From Microcystis phage MaAM05: a DNA stretch of 32,000 nt. Shown one piece after another: positions 1 through 9,090 of the stretch (its first letter is position 1; each line of letters opens with the position of its first letter). Position numbers and translations under genes: made by a program. The stretch lies in sequence record MW495066.1, one strand, 5' to 3'. The notes under the pieces were generated by a model. The model did no database searches, had not been told where the DNA came from, and saw nothing but the letters and a program-made list of their open reading frames with translations.

Positions 1-19
1 CGATTAGAATAGAGGCACG

Positions 20-1168
20 ATGTTCATTTACCTGCACGTTCCTTTTTGCCTGTCTCGCTGCGTATATTGCGATTTTTACGTGGTGCTGGATAAATACGGC
101 GGACATGAGGCTTATGTGGATGCGGTGTGTCGGGAAATTGACCTGCGTTTTGCGACCATTAACCCGGCAGATTTTCCGCAGGGCATTCAAACCTTGTACG
201 TGGGGGGCGGTACGCCGTCCTTACTGGATGCTGCCGCATATCGGCGTATTTTTCAAAAACTCAACGAATATTTGCCCTTTGCGGGCCAAGCGGAAATCAC
301 GCTGGAGGCCAACCCGGGGGCGCGTCGTTCGGAAATGGCCGATAGCCCCAAGGCTTATCTGGAGTGTGGCTTCAACCGGGTCAGCGTGGGGGTGCAAACC
401 CTGAATAATAGCGAGTTGAAAAAGCTCAGTCGCCTGCATTCGGCGGAAGAGGCGGAAGGATTTATTCGAGGGTTACAACGGGCGGGTTGGGCAAATATTT
501 CCCTGGATTTAATGTACGGCATACCCCTGCAAACGGAAGCCTCCTGGCGGGAGACCCTGCAACGGGCCATTGCCTTGAACGTCCAGCACATTTCCATGTA
601 TGGCCTGAAGGTGGAGGAAAATTCCCCGCTGGAGACTTTAACCACCCTGCCGCTGGCCAAGGGCAGTTACCCGTTGCCGGAAGAGGAGGCGGTGGTGGAC
701 ATGTATTTTATGGGATTGTCCACCCTGGCCCAGGCGGGCTTTTGCCGCTACGAGTTCAGCAATCTGGCCCAGCCGGGGTTTGAGTCCCGGCATAACCTGA
801 ACTACTGGAACAATGGGGACTTTTTAGCGCTGGGCGTGGCCGCGCACGGCTATTGGCAGGGTCAGCGCTACGAAACCGTTCCCGATTTGCAGCGGTATTT
901 AAACAATCCACTGGCCGGAACCACGCAAGCCTGCCCGGCCCAGGAGCAACTGGAAAACGCCATTATTTTCGGGCTGCGCAAGTCGGAAGGGATTGATACC
1001 ACTGCACTGGAGCGGACTTTTGGCATTGATTTCCGACAGCGATACGCGGCGGTTCTGAAGCGCTATGCGGGGAAGACCTTGATCTGGGAAGGCCATCGAC
1101 TGCGTTTGAAAGAATCGGCTATTCCGCTTAGCAACAGCATTTTGGCCGAATTTCTAGGGGACGATTAA
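20..1168 (+). CDS. hemW: Radical SAM HemN/HemW-family protein (heme chaperone / oxygen-independent coproporphyrinogen-III oxidase-like)
   Basis: 382-aa ORF. Radical-SAM cluster motif 'CLSRCVYCDF' (CxxxCxxC) lies near the N-terminus, with a 'GGGTPS' motif and a HemN_C-like tail. An in-frame TAG at 5-7 fixes the ATG at 20. Confidence 0.9.
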   Translation: MFIYLHVPFCLSRCVYCDFYVVLDKYGGHEAYVDAVCREIDLRFATINPADFPQGIQTLYVGGGTPSLLDAAAYRRIFQKLNEYLPFAGQAEITLEANPGARRSEMADSPKAYLECGFNRVSVGVQTLNNSELKKLSRLHSAEEAEGFIRGLQRAGWANISLDLMYGIPLQTEASWRETLQRAIALNVQHISMYGLKVEENSPLETLTTLPLAKGSYPLPEEEAVVDMYFMGLSTLAQAGFCRYEFSNLAQPGFESRHNLNYWNNGDFLALGVAAHGYWQGQRYETVPDLQRYLNNPLAGTTQACPAQEQLENAIIFGLRKSEGIDTTALERTFGIDFRQRYAAVLKRYAGKTLIWEGHRLRLKESAIPLSNSILAEFLGDD

Positions 1169-1322
1169 ACTCAAATTTTACAAATGTGGCACAAAAAAGC
1201 ATAAGACTGTTTTTATGCAAACATAGGGATACAGGGACGATGAATCGAATCAGGGAGTGGCTTTTGGGCCATCGTCTGGTAAGGCACGTTGCGAATGACG
1301 CGGATCAATAGGGGACTTTAAT

Positions 1323-1589
1323 ATGGCAGCAGGGGCAGGTGGGCCGACAGGGCCTTACGGCGGGTATATGCCAATGACGGCGAATGATGCCAAATTTGCC
1401 AAAATCAATCAAACCGTGACTTCGGCCAATCAGGAGTTCAAGCGGGCCATGATCACCACCGATCCTCGCTACAAGGTGGCTATGGCTCAAAGGGCTTCAG
1501 CGCCCGCTGAGCCACCGGCATCACCGCCTCCGGCAGAGCAAAAGGGATTTTTGGGCAAGGTCTGGGATGGCATAACCGGCATTTTCTAA
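1323..1589 (+). CDS. Small hypothetical protein (88 aa): Gly/Tyr-containing N-terminus, Pro/Ala-rich segment, C-terminal 'FLGKVWDGITGIF'
   Basis: ATG is preceded by 'AGGGGA' 7 nt upstream. The C-terminal motif and N-terminal 'YGGY' are shared with the 377-aa protein at 1957-3090. Confidence 0.55.
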   Translation: MAAGAGGPTGPYGGYMPMTANDAKFAKINQTVTSANQEFKRAMITTDPRYKVAMAQRASAPAEPPASPPPAEQKGFLGKVWDGITGIF

Positions 1590-1772
1590 CCTTTAATCTG
1601 GATTAATGTGAATTTCAGGCTTTTTTCTCAGGGTTTCATCACACACAGTCAAACATCACTACCCAGGAGGTCGATCCATGACGCATCGATACCGCGGGAA
1701 CGGGAAGTGGGCCTTCTAACCCCCATTACTTGTTCCCATGGATTCTATTCCATTGAAACATTCCTATTCACT

Positions 1773-1803
1773 CACCGGTCTTCTCGGGCCGGTGTTTTTA
1801 TTT
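1773..1803 (+). terminator. Rho-independent terminator
   Basis: 'CACCGGTCT-tctc-GGGCCGGTG' forms a stem of 6 Watson-Crick pairs plus 1 GC and 2 GU pairs. It is followed by 'TTTTTATTT'. Confidence 0.7.
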
Positions 1804-1956
1804 GGGGTTATTTTAGGTAAGGCTGCCTTCCCTGAATTTAAATTTTAATATTTTTATAAATTAAATAACAAAAAATAGGTGTGGCTGGGTTTCATGCTTT
1901 TACAGGGGTAGCAGGTGATATAAGGAACACCTGTCAGGTATGGGAGGTTATCAACC

Positions 1957-3090
1957 ATGGTTTATGGTGGTTACGGTGGCTATGGCGGTTTTGGTGGGTA
2001 TGGGGGCTACGGTGGTTTAGGGAGCACCCCGAGTTTTGCTTCAGGCATTCACCCGCCGGGCAGCGCACCGGCAGCGGATACTTATCTGGGCGCTGGGCAG
2101 CAGAAACCCAAACGGTTTTTAGAAGGATTATTCACCGGCACCTGGGACGGCATCCGCAAACTGTTTACCACGGTGCCGGGCGTCCTGACCACTGTGGGAG
2201 CCATCGGATTAACGGTGGCCACGGGCGGGGCCGCCCTGATTCCGTTGGGGGCCCTGGCTGCGGGCGTGGGTATTTATAACACCGCCAAAGGCTTGATTAA
2301 CCAGGATGGTCAAGGGTTTACCCAAGGGTTGCTGCTGGGCCTGGGGGGCTTGCTGGCCATTCGGTGCGCACCCAGTAAAATTGTGATGAATGGCCGCAGT
2401 TTTTTGCTGGGGGGCGATGCCGCCAAGCCGCTGGGCTTTACGGGGCGTTTGAAAACCTTGTGGGGCGGCAACCATTATGTGGACAGCAAAGGCAACGCTT
2501 CTAACTGGCTGAAAATGTCCGCTGACAAAATCAAGAGCCAGTTCAGGCCGAACCAGGGCTCTCTGGAGCATTTGCAGGACTTGAAGAATAAAGTGAACGG
2601 CGGTGTTCACCAGTTGGATAATGTTCTGGATGCCGAGGATGCCTTGCGGGCTGGACTGATCTCCGACCCGGTCGCGGCAAGCAAGGTCAAACGGTTGATT
2701 GCGGCTGAGCAAAAAGATGTGTTGGAACTGAAAAATTTAAATCGCAGGTTGGAGCGTCGGGCATTGGCCGGTAAACCGACCGAGGACATTGAAGCCCGTA
2801 TTGGCGAATTGAACCGAGACCGTAAGCAGCGTTTGGAAGCGTTTCAACAGCCGCCGGTGCCATTGACAACGGAGAACCTGGCCAGACATGACGTCTTTCA
2901 GGCCAGGAGCACGGGAGCAGCTTCTGCAAACGCCGCCGGAGAAACTGCCTCATTATCCAGTCATTATAAAACCGCAGGATCGGAAGGCAGTGGGACATCT
3001 TTCTCAGGCATCACTGCAACGAGTTCAGGAGCGGACTCAGAACTGGGATCTGTACCTGGCTCCCCTCGCAGGGCAAAAAGTTTGCCTTAA
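1957..3090 (+). CDS. Hypothetical membrane protein: N-terminal (GGY)n low-complexity region, two adjacent hydrophobic helices, coiled-coil-like region, Ser/Thr/Gly-rich tail
   Basis: Strong SD 'GGGAGG' lies 9 nt upstream of the ATG. The N-terminus is 'MVYGGYGGYGGFGGYGGYGGLG'. Hydrophobic stretches are 'VPGVLTTVGAIGLTVATGGAALIPLGALAAGVGIY' and 'GFTQGLLLGLGGLLAIRCA'. A charged heptad-like segment follows ('KRLIAAEQKDVLELKNLNRRLERR...'). Confidence 0.75.
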   Translation: MVYGGYGGYGGFGGYGGYGGLGSTPSFASGIHPPGSAPAADTYLGAGQQKPKRFLEGLFTGTWDGIRKLFTTVPGVLTTVGAIGLTVATGGAALIPLGALAAGVGIYNTAKGLINQDGQGFTQGLLLGLGGLLAIRCAPSKIVMNGRSFLLGGDAAKPLGFTGRLKTLWGGNHYVDSKGNASNWLKMSADKIKSQFRPNQGSLEHLQDLKNKVNGGVHQLDNVLDAEDALRAGLISDPVAASKVKRLIAAEQKDVLELKNLNRRLERRALAGKPTEDIEARIGELNRDRKQRLEAFQQPPVPLTTENLARHDVFQARSTGAASANAAGETASLSSHYKTAGSEGSGTSFSGITATSSGADSELGSVPGSPRRAKSLP

Positions 3091-3111
3091 GCACGGATTG
3101 CGGAATTCAAT

Positions 3112-3152
3112 AAAAAACCGGGAGCGCTTTTAAACGCTCCCGGTTTGATTTT
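3112..3152. terminator. Bidirectional intrinsic terminator between convergent genes
   Basis: 11-bp perfect stem 'AACCGGGAGCG'/'CGCTCCCGGTT' with loop 'CTTTTAAA'. An A-run lies upstream and a T-rich run downstream. It sits between the stop at 3090 (+) and the icd stop at 3169 (-). Confidence 0.8.
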
Positions 3153-3168
3153 GTACGAGACCTTAATC

Positions 3169-4407
3169 CTAAACGCGAACCAGCTTCAGGTTATTCACGA
3201 TCTCATTGGCAAAGCCGGAGCAGCTCATCAAGGTGGCGTTGCTCATCTGGCGCTCCAAATCGTAAGTAACTTTGCCGCTGGCGATGGTTTTCTCAAAAGC
3301 ATCTACGACCAGTTTGGCCGCTTCCGTCCAGCCCAGGTGCTCCAGCATCATCACCCCGGAGAGGATCAGGGAACCGGGGTTCACCTTATCCTGACCGGCG
3401 TATTTGGGAGCGGTACCGTGGGTGGCCTCAAACACGGCGGCATGATCGCCGATATTGGCGCCGGGAGCCAGTCCCAATCCGCCCACTTGGGCGGCGCAGG
3501 CATCGGAGAGGTAATCGCCGTTGAGATTCATGGTGGCGATGACCTGGTACTCATCGGGGCGCAGCAGCAATTGCTGGAACATGGCATCGGCAATGCGATC
3601 CTGGATCATGATTTTGCCAGCGGGCAGTTTGCCGTTGTGCTTTTCCCACACTTCAGCTTCGGAAATGACCTGATCGGCGTATTCTTCACGGGCCACTTCG
3701 TAACCCCAGTCACGGAACGCGCCTTCGGTGAACTTCATGATGTTGCCCTTGTGAACCAAGGTCACCACGGTGCGGTTGTTGGCAATGGCGTAGTTAATGG
3801 CCCGACGCACCAGTCGCTTGGTGCCTTCCACGCTGACCGGCTTGATGCCGATCCCGGAATCGGGGCGCACGTCCTTTTTGAATTCCGCTTTCAGGTAGTC
3901 GATGATTTTTTTGGCTTCAGCGCTGCCTTGCTGGAACTCAATACCCAGGTAAATGTCCTCGGTGTTTTCCCGGAAGATGACCACATCCAGCTTCTGGGGT
4001 TCCTTCACCGGGGCGGGCACGCCCTGGAACCAGCGCACCGGGCGCACACAGGCGTACAGGTCATGAATCTGGCGCAGGGCCACGTTCAGGCTGCGGATAC
4101 CGCCGCCCACCGGGGTGGTCAGGGGGCCTTTAATGGCTACTTTATATTCCCGGATGGCCTCGTTGGTTTCTTCGGGCAGCCAGCTTTGGGTCTGGTTGAA
4201 GGCTTTTTCACCGGCCAGCACTTCTTTCCACACAATCTTTCTCTTGCCGTTGTAGGCGACTTCCACGGCGGCATCCAGCGCGTTTTGGGTGGCGGGCCAA
4301 ATGTCCACGCCGATGCCGTCCCCTTCGATGTAGGGGATGATGGGGTGATCGGGAACGTTGAGAGATAAATCGGAATTAATGGTGATTTTTTCGCCTGCCG
4401 TGGTCAT
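3169..4407 (-). CDS. icd: NADP-dependent isocitrate dehydrogenase
   Basis: The N-terminus '[10 protein letters not shown]...[14 protein letters not shown]' and the whole length are typical of prokaryotic homodimeric Icd. The start is placed at the ATG at 4407, preceded by 'GGAGG'. The track ORF extends 12 codons further upstream. Confidence 0.95.
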   Translation of the reverse strand: MTTAGEKITINSDLSLNVPDHPIIPYIEGDGIGVDIWPATQNALDAAVEVAYNGKRKIVWKEVLAGEKAFNQTQSWLPEETNEAIREYKVAIKGPLTTPVGGGIRSLNVALRQIHDLYACVRPVRWFQGVPAPVKEPQKLDVVIFRENTEDIYLGIEFQQGSAEAKKIIDYLKAEFKKDVRPDSGIGIKPVSVEGTKRLVRRAINYAIANNRTVVTLVHKGNIMKFTEGAFRDWGYEVAREEYADQVISEAEVWEKHNGKLPAGKIMIQDRIADAMFQQLLLRPDEYQVIATMNLNGDYLSDACAAQVGGLGLAPGANIGDHAAVFEATHGTAPKYAGQDKVNPGSLILSGVMMLEHLGWTEAAKLVVDAFEKTIASGKVTYDLERQMSNATLMSCSGFANEIVNNLKLVRV

Positions 4408-4682
4408 GTAATGCCTCCAGTGGGTCGCGTGACGATGAAACAATACTAAAATGCGTAAAGCATTCCCAATCTAGCATAAACCATTGCCGTGGACAAAAAA
4501 CGGGCAGCCGGAGTAGGCTATTTGTGGGATGAAGGGCTTGATCCCCGGAGGACTGCCGACTGAGCGCTGGTTTGAGCCCTTCCGCTGGCTGCCTTGCTCC
4601 TGTCCCTTGCCCGGAGTAGAATCAAGGGAGTTTTGTTTCGTACAATCCCGCCAATCTCAATTTGGATAGGAGACACACCCTT

Positions 4683-6962
4683 ATGAGCGGCACCTCAACT
4701 GATATCGAGATGATAAAAAAGCATTACGCCAAAATCAGCGCCAGCCTGGAAAAAGCCAAAAAGCACTTTGGAAAATCCGCTTTAACCGCTGCGGAAAAGA
4801 TTTTATTCTCTCACCTGATCCCGGAAAACTACCCGGCGCAAATCGTGCGGGGGGAAACCTTCCTGTCCTTGCAGCCAGACCGGGTGGCCATGCAGGACGC
4901 CACCGCCCAAATGGCCATTTTACAGTTCATGCAAGCCAACCGGGACACTGTGGCGGTGCCTTCCACCGTGCATTGCGACCACCTGATTCGGGCCTTTTCC
5001 GGGGCGGATGCCGATGTGGAGCGGGCCTGCGAAGAGAACCGGGAAGTCTACGAGTTCTTGCGTTCCGCCGCCGCCAAGTACGGCATGGGCTTCTGGAAGC
5101 CCGGTAGCGGCATTATTCACCAGGTGGTGCTGGAAAAATACGCCTTCCCCGGCGGGTTGATGATTGGCACCGATAGCCACACCCCCAACGCCGGTGGCTT
5201 GGGCATGTTGGCCATTGGGGTGGGTGGCGCTGACGCTGCCGATGTTATGGCCGGTCTGGCCTGGGAAGTGAAAGCGCCCAAGCTGGTTGGGGTACACCTG
5301 ACCGGTAAGCTCAATGGCTGGACGGCTCCCAAGGATGTTATTTTGTACCTGTGCGGCCTGCTGACCACCAAAGGTGGCACCAATAAAATTGTGGAATATT
5401 TTGGCCCCGGCACCGAAACCATTAGCTGTACCGGCAAAGGCACCATCACCAACATGGGCGCTGAACTGGGCGCTACCACCTCGGTATTTCCGTTTGACGC
5501 TCGTATGGCCGCTTACCTGCGGGCGACCGAACGGGCTGAGATTGCCGAATTGGCCGAGCAGTACGCCGCCGATTTGCGGGCCGATGAGGATGTGCTGAAG
5601 CACCCTGAGAATTACTACGATGAGATCGTGGAAATCAACCTGTCCGAGCTGGAACCCTACGTGGTGGGCCCGCACTCCCCGGATCGGGCTCGCAAGCTCT
5701 CCGAGTTTGCCGCTGACGTGAAAAACAGCAACTTCCCGGAAGACTTGAGCGCCGCTTTGGTGGGCAGTTGCACCAACTCTTCTTATGAGGATCTGGAGCG
5801 TTCGGCCAACGTGGCCCGTCAGGCCAAGGCCAAAGGCTTGAAAGCCAAGTCCTACTTCCTGATCACCCCCGGTTCTATTCAGGTGCATGAAACCATCCAG
5901 CGGGACGGCCAAATGCAAGACTTTACTGACATTGGCGGTATCGTCATGGCCAACGCCTGCGGCCCCTGCATCGGCAACTGGGATCGTACCGATATTAAAA
6001 AGGGTCAAACCAACGCCATCATTACCTCGTTTAACCGTAATTTCCCCAAGCGGAACGATGGCAATGCTGAGACACTGGCCTTTATCGGTAGCCCGGAATT
6101 GGTCACGGCCATGGCCATCGCCGGTAAAACCACTTTTAACCCCATCACCGATACCATTGATGGGGTGAAGCTGGAAGCGCCCACCGCACCGGAATTGCCC
6201 CCCAAAGGCTTCCAGATTTCTCATGAAGGCTTGCTGGAGCCACCGGCGGATCGCACTGCGCTGAGCGTGTCGATTGATCCCAAAAGCCCTCGCTTGGAAA
6301 AGCTGGCCCCCTTCGCCCCCTGGGATGGTCAGGACTTTGTAAACGTGCCTGTGCTGGTGAAAACCCAGGGCCAAACCACCACCGATCACATCTCCCCTGC
6401 CGGGAAAGACTGGCTGCCTCTGCGGGGTCACCTGTCCGGCATTAGCCACAACATGTTGTTGGGCGCTGTGGACGCCGCCACCGGTCAACCGGCGGAGCCC
6501 GTCAAAATGCCGGTCAACGGCGTGGAACGGGGTGTTTCCCCATGGGCGCTGAAAGCCATGGAGTACAAGCAGCAAAACGGCAGCATCATTGTGGGCGATG
6601 AGAACTACGGTGAAGGCAGCAGCCGGGAACACGCCGCTATGTGCCCTCGTTATTTGGGCGTGAAAGCGGTCATTGCCCGTAGCTTTGCCCGCATCCACGA
6701 GACCAACCTGAAGAAGCAAGGGGTATTGCCCTTTACCTTCGCCAATAAAGCGGATTATGAGAAAGTCAGCAAGGGCGATCACCTGACCATTGCCGGGTTG
6801 AGCAACCTGAAGCCGGGCCAGCCCATCACGGCGACGGTCACCCATGCCGATGGCACCACCGCTAGCATTGAGCTGACCCACTCCCTGAACAGCGAGCAGA
6901 TTCGCTGGTTCAAGGCGGGTTCAGCCATGAATGCGGTTAATCTGCCCAAAGCTGCCGTATAA
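4683..6962 (+). CDS. acn: Aconitate hydratase (about 760-aa, mitochondrial-type/short aconitase)
   Basis: Aconitase family signatures are present: 'IGTDSHTPNAGGLG', 'GSCTNSSYEDL', 'NACGPCIG' (Fe-S ligand cysteines) and a swivel domain ending 'GSAMNAV'. The ATG at 4683 follows 'AGGAG'. Confidence 0.93.
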   Translation: MSGTSTDIEMIKKHYAKISASLEKAKKHFGKSALTAAEKILFSHLIPENYPAQIVRGETFLSLQPDRVAMQDATAQMAILQFMQANRDTVAVPSTVHCDHLIRAFSGADADVERACEENREVYEFLRSAAAKYGMGFWKPGSGIIHQVVLEKYAFPGGLMIGTDSHTPNAGGLGMLAIGVGGADAADVMAGLAWEVKAPKLVGVHLTGKLNGWTAPKDVILYLCGLLTTKGGTNKIVEYFGPGTETISCTGKGTITNMGAELGATTSVFPFDARMAAYLRATERAEIAELAEQYAADLRADEDVLKHPENYYDEIVEINLSELEPYVVGPHSPDRARKLSEFAADVKNSNFPEDLSAALVGSCTNSSYEDLERSANVARQAKAKGLKAKSYFLITPGSIQVHETIQRDGQMQDFTDIGGIVMANACGPCIGNWDRTDIKKGQTNAIITSFNRNFPKRNDGNAETLAFIGSPELVTAMAIAGKTTFNPITDTIDGVKLEAPTAPELPPKGFQISHEGLLEPPADRTALSVSIDPKSPRLEKLAPFAPWDGQDFVNVPVLVKTQGQTTTDHISPAGKDWLPLRGHLSGISHNMLLGAVDAATGQPAEPVKMPVNGVERGVSPWALKAMEYKQQNGSIIVGDENYGEGSSREHAAMCPRYLGVKAVIARSFARIHETNLKKQGVLPFTFANKADYEKVSKGDHLTIAGLSNLKPGQPITATVTHADGTTASIELTHSLNSEQIRWFKAGSAMNAVNLPKAAV

Positions 6963-6980
6963 AGAGCAATTTTATAAACT

Positions 6981-7030
6981 ACAAACAGCCGCTTTCCAGA
7001 CCATGGGGAGCGGTTGTTTGTTGGATTTTT
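6981..7030 (+). terminator. Putative intrinsic terminator after aconitase
   Basis: 13-bp stem 'ACAAACAGCCGCT'/'AGCGGTTGTTTGT' (one GU pair) with a 15-nt loop, followed by 'TGGATTTTT'. Confidence 0.55.
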
Positions 7031-7164
7031 GAAGGGGAACCTGTGAACCGAGCCAAGCTCGGTTATCATGAAAAGGTGAGTGGGATTGCCTGATCTCACC
7101 ATCGCCTGACCCGCAGCCTATGCCGGGCATTGGTCAATATTTTTTGGAGAAATCAGAGCCAGCA

Positions 7165-9060
7165 ATGTCCAAAAGCCCGCCCAATCTGTTACAACCGAAC
7201 ATCCCCCCGAACGGTTTGACCGTGCTGGCCCATCGCTATTTATTGCGGGACGCCCAAGGGACGGTATGCGAATCTCCGGCGGATTTGTTCTGGCGAGTGG
7301 CCACTCACATTGCCGAAGGGGAGCGGGTATACGGGGCGACCTCCGAGCAAGTAATGACCGTGGCCCACCAGTTTTACAATTTGATGGCCCAACGGGCATT
7401 TTTACCCAATAGTCCCACCTTGTTGAATGCCGGACGACCCTTGGGTCAGTTGTCGGCCTGCTTTGTGCTGCCCATTGCGGATTCTCTGGCGCATATTTTT
7501 GAAACGCTCAAGCATGCCGCCTTGATTCACCAAAGCGGCGGCGGCACCGGATTTTGCTTTTCTCAATTGCGTCCGGCGGGAGATGAGGTGCGGGAGACCC
7601 AATCGGTGGCCGCTGGCCCGGTGGGCTTTCTGGAAGTTTATAATGCCGCCGTGGATAGCATCAAGCAGGCCGGGCAGCGTAAAGGGGCCAACATGGCCCT
7701 GCTGCGGGTGGATCATCCTGATGTGGAAGCTTTTATCAGCGCCAAGGATGATTTGCGGCGGGTGACCAATTTCAACATTTCTGTTGGCATCACCGATGCG
7801 TTTATGCGGGCGCTGGCTGAGGATCGGGACTTTGACCTGATTCATCCCAACACGGGGCAAGTGGTAAAGTCTTTGCCAGCTCACGATTTAATGGCCCGCA
7901 TTGTGGATTGCGCCTGGCGTACCGGGGAGCCCGGTTTGATTTTTCTGGATCGGGTCAATCGGGACAATCCCACCCCGACGTTGGGAACCTTGGAAGCCAC
8001 CAACCCGTGCGGGGAAGTGCCGCTCTTGCCCTATGAGGCCTGCAATTTGGGCTCCATTAACCTGATGCGAATGCTGGACGAGCAGAACCAGCTGGATTGG
8101 CAAAAACTGGCCGATGCCGTGCATTTGGCGGTGTGCTTTCTGGACAATGTGATTACCGTGAACCGCTACCCCTTACCGCAAACCGAGGTGATGGTGACCG
8201 GGAACCGTAAAATTGGCCTGGGGGTGATGGGTTGGGCGGATTGCCTGATGGCCCAGGGTATTCCCTACGATTCTGAAGCGGCTGTGGCCTTGGCCCAAGA
8301 GCTGGCCGCCTGGATGGATTATCAATCCAAACTGGCCTCAGTGGCGCTGGCGGAAGCCCGAGGGGCATTTCAGAATTTTCCGCAAAGTCGTTATACGCAG
8401 GCCGATTGGCTGTTGGGTCGGGTAAATGCGGTGCCGACGACTAGAGTGTCCCGTGCGCAGTGGCAGGCCCTGGCTGAGCGGATTGCCCAAGTGGGGCTTC
8501 GCCATGCCACCACCACCTGCATTGCCCCCACAGGCACCATTAGCATGATTGCGGGCGTTAGCGGGGGGATTGAGCCGGTGTTTGCCCTGGCCTTTACCCG
8601 TACCGTGCTGAACAATCAGCGACTCTCCGAGGTGCATCCGGTGTTCGCCCAGTGGGTAGCGAAACATGCCGATGACCCGCAAGCGATTTTTTCCAGTGTG
8701 CAAGAAACAGGGCGTTTGAATACGACTTCAGATAACGCTGCGGATTATACCGCCGCAGGCTTGCCCGAGTCGGCCCGGCGGGTGTTTGTGACTTCCTTTG
8801 ATGTGGCCCCGGAGTGGCATGTTCGCATGCAGGCGGCGTTTCAGGCCTTTACGGACAATGGGGTTTCTAAAACCATCAACCTGCCAGAGTCAGCCACTCG
8901 TGAGGATGTGGCGCAGGCCTTCCGCCTGGCGCACGCCTCCGGCATTAAAGGGGTGACCGTGTACCGCAATAACAGCCGTCAGGATCAGCCCCTTTCGGTT
9001 GTAAATCAAGCCCCTGAACCTGCCGAAAATGAGCTTTCCACTTGCAAGGACTGCCATTGA
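7165..9060 (+). CDS. nrdJ: Adenosylcobalamin-dependent (class II) ribonucleotide reductase
   Basis: Motifs 'LPNSPTLLNAGR', 'SACFV', 'TNPCGEVPL..EACNLGSINL' and a C-terminal redox pair 'CKDCH'. The start is ambiguous: ATG at 7165 or ATG at 7120. Confidence 0.9.
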   Translation: MSKSPPNLLQPNIPPNGLTVLAHRYLLRDAQGTVCESPADLFWRVATHIAEGERVYGATSEQVMTVAHQFYNLMAQRAFLPNSPTLLNAGRPLGQLSACFVLPIADSLAHIFETLKHAALIHQSGGGTGFCFSQLRPAGDEVRETQSVAAGPVGFLEVYNAAVDSIKQAGQRKGANMALLRVDHPDVEAFISAKDDLRRVTNFNISVGITDAFMRALAEDRDFDLIHPNTGQVVKSLPAHDLMARIVDCAWRTGEPGLIFLDRVNRDNPTPTLGTLEATNPCGEVPLLPYEACNLGSINLMRMLDEQNQLDWQKLADAVHLAVCFLDNVITVNRYPLPQTEVMVTGNRKIGLGVMGWADCLMAQGIPYDSEAAVALAQELAAWMDYQSKLASVALAEARGAFQNFPQSRYTQADWLLGRVNAVPTTRVSRAQWQALAERIAQVGLRHATTTCIAPTGTISMIAGVSGGIEPVFALAFTRTVLNNQRLSEVHPVFAQWVAKHADDPQAIFSSVQETGRLNTTSDNAADYTAAGLPESARRVFVTSFDVAPEWHVRMQAAFQAFTDNGVSKTINLPESATREDVAQAFRLAHASGIKGVTVYRNNSRQDQPLSVVNQAPEPAENELSTCKDCH

Positions 9061-9090
9061 TCCACGGAGAGAGGCTTGGGGGTTTTCACT

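Noticed and set aside
1608-2279. Track ORFs 1608-1820 (70 aa, GTG start) and 1881-2279 (132 aa, Trp-rich).
   Set aside because: The first reads straight through an intrinsic terminator and has no SD. The second is the off-frame reading of the GGY repeat (GGT-TAC-GG read as Trp/Leu/Arg) and overlaps a gene with a strong SD.
4508-4619. The 9-mer 'CCGGAGTAG' occurs twice (4508-16 and 4611-19) in the divergent icd/aconitase promoter region.
   Set aside because: A rough estimate gives about a 10-15% chance of some repeated 9-mer in 275 bp. I found no palindromic structure and no match to a known operator (for example, no NtcA-type GTA-N8-TAC).
4920-6881. A 653-aa ORF antisense to aconitase. Similar long antisense ORFs lie at 3145-4368 (opposite icd), 9151-9783, 12221-13006, 23337-24098 and 25949-26572.
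   Set aside because: Each is in exact codon register with the sense gene (for example, 4920-4683 = 237, divisible by 3). Antisense stops TAA/TAG/TGA correspond to sense codons TTA/CTA/TCA, so the frames stay open simply because these genes avoid those three codons. The translations are low-complexity (G/A/R/H/V-rich) with no motifs, while the sense strands encode unmistakable enzymes.
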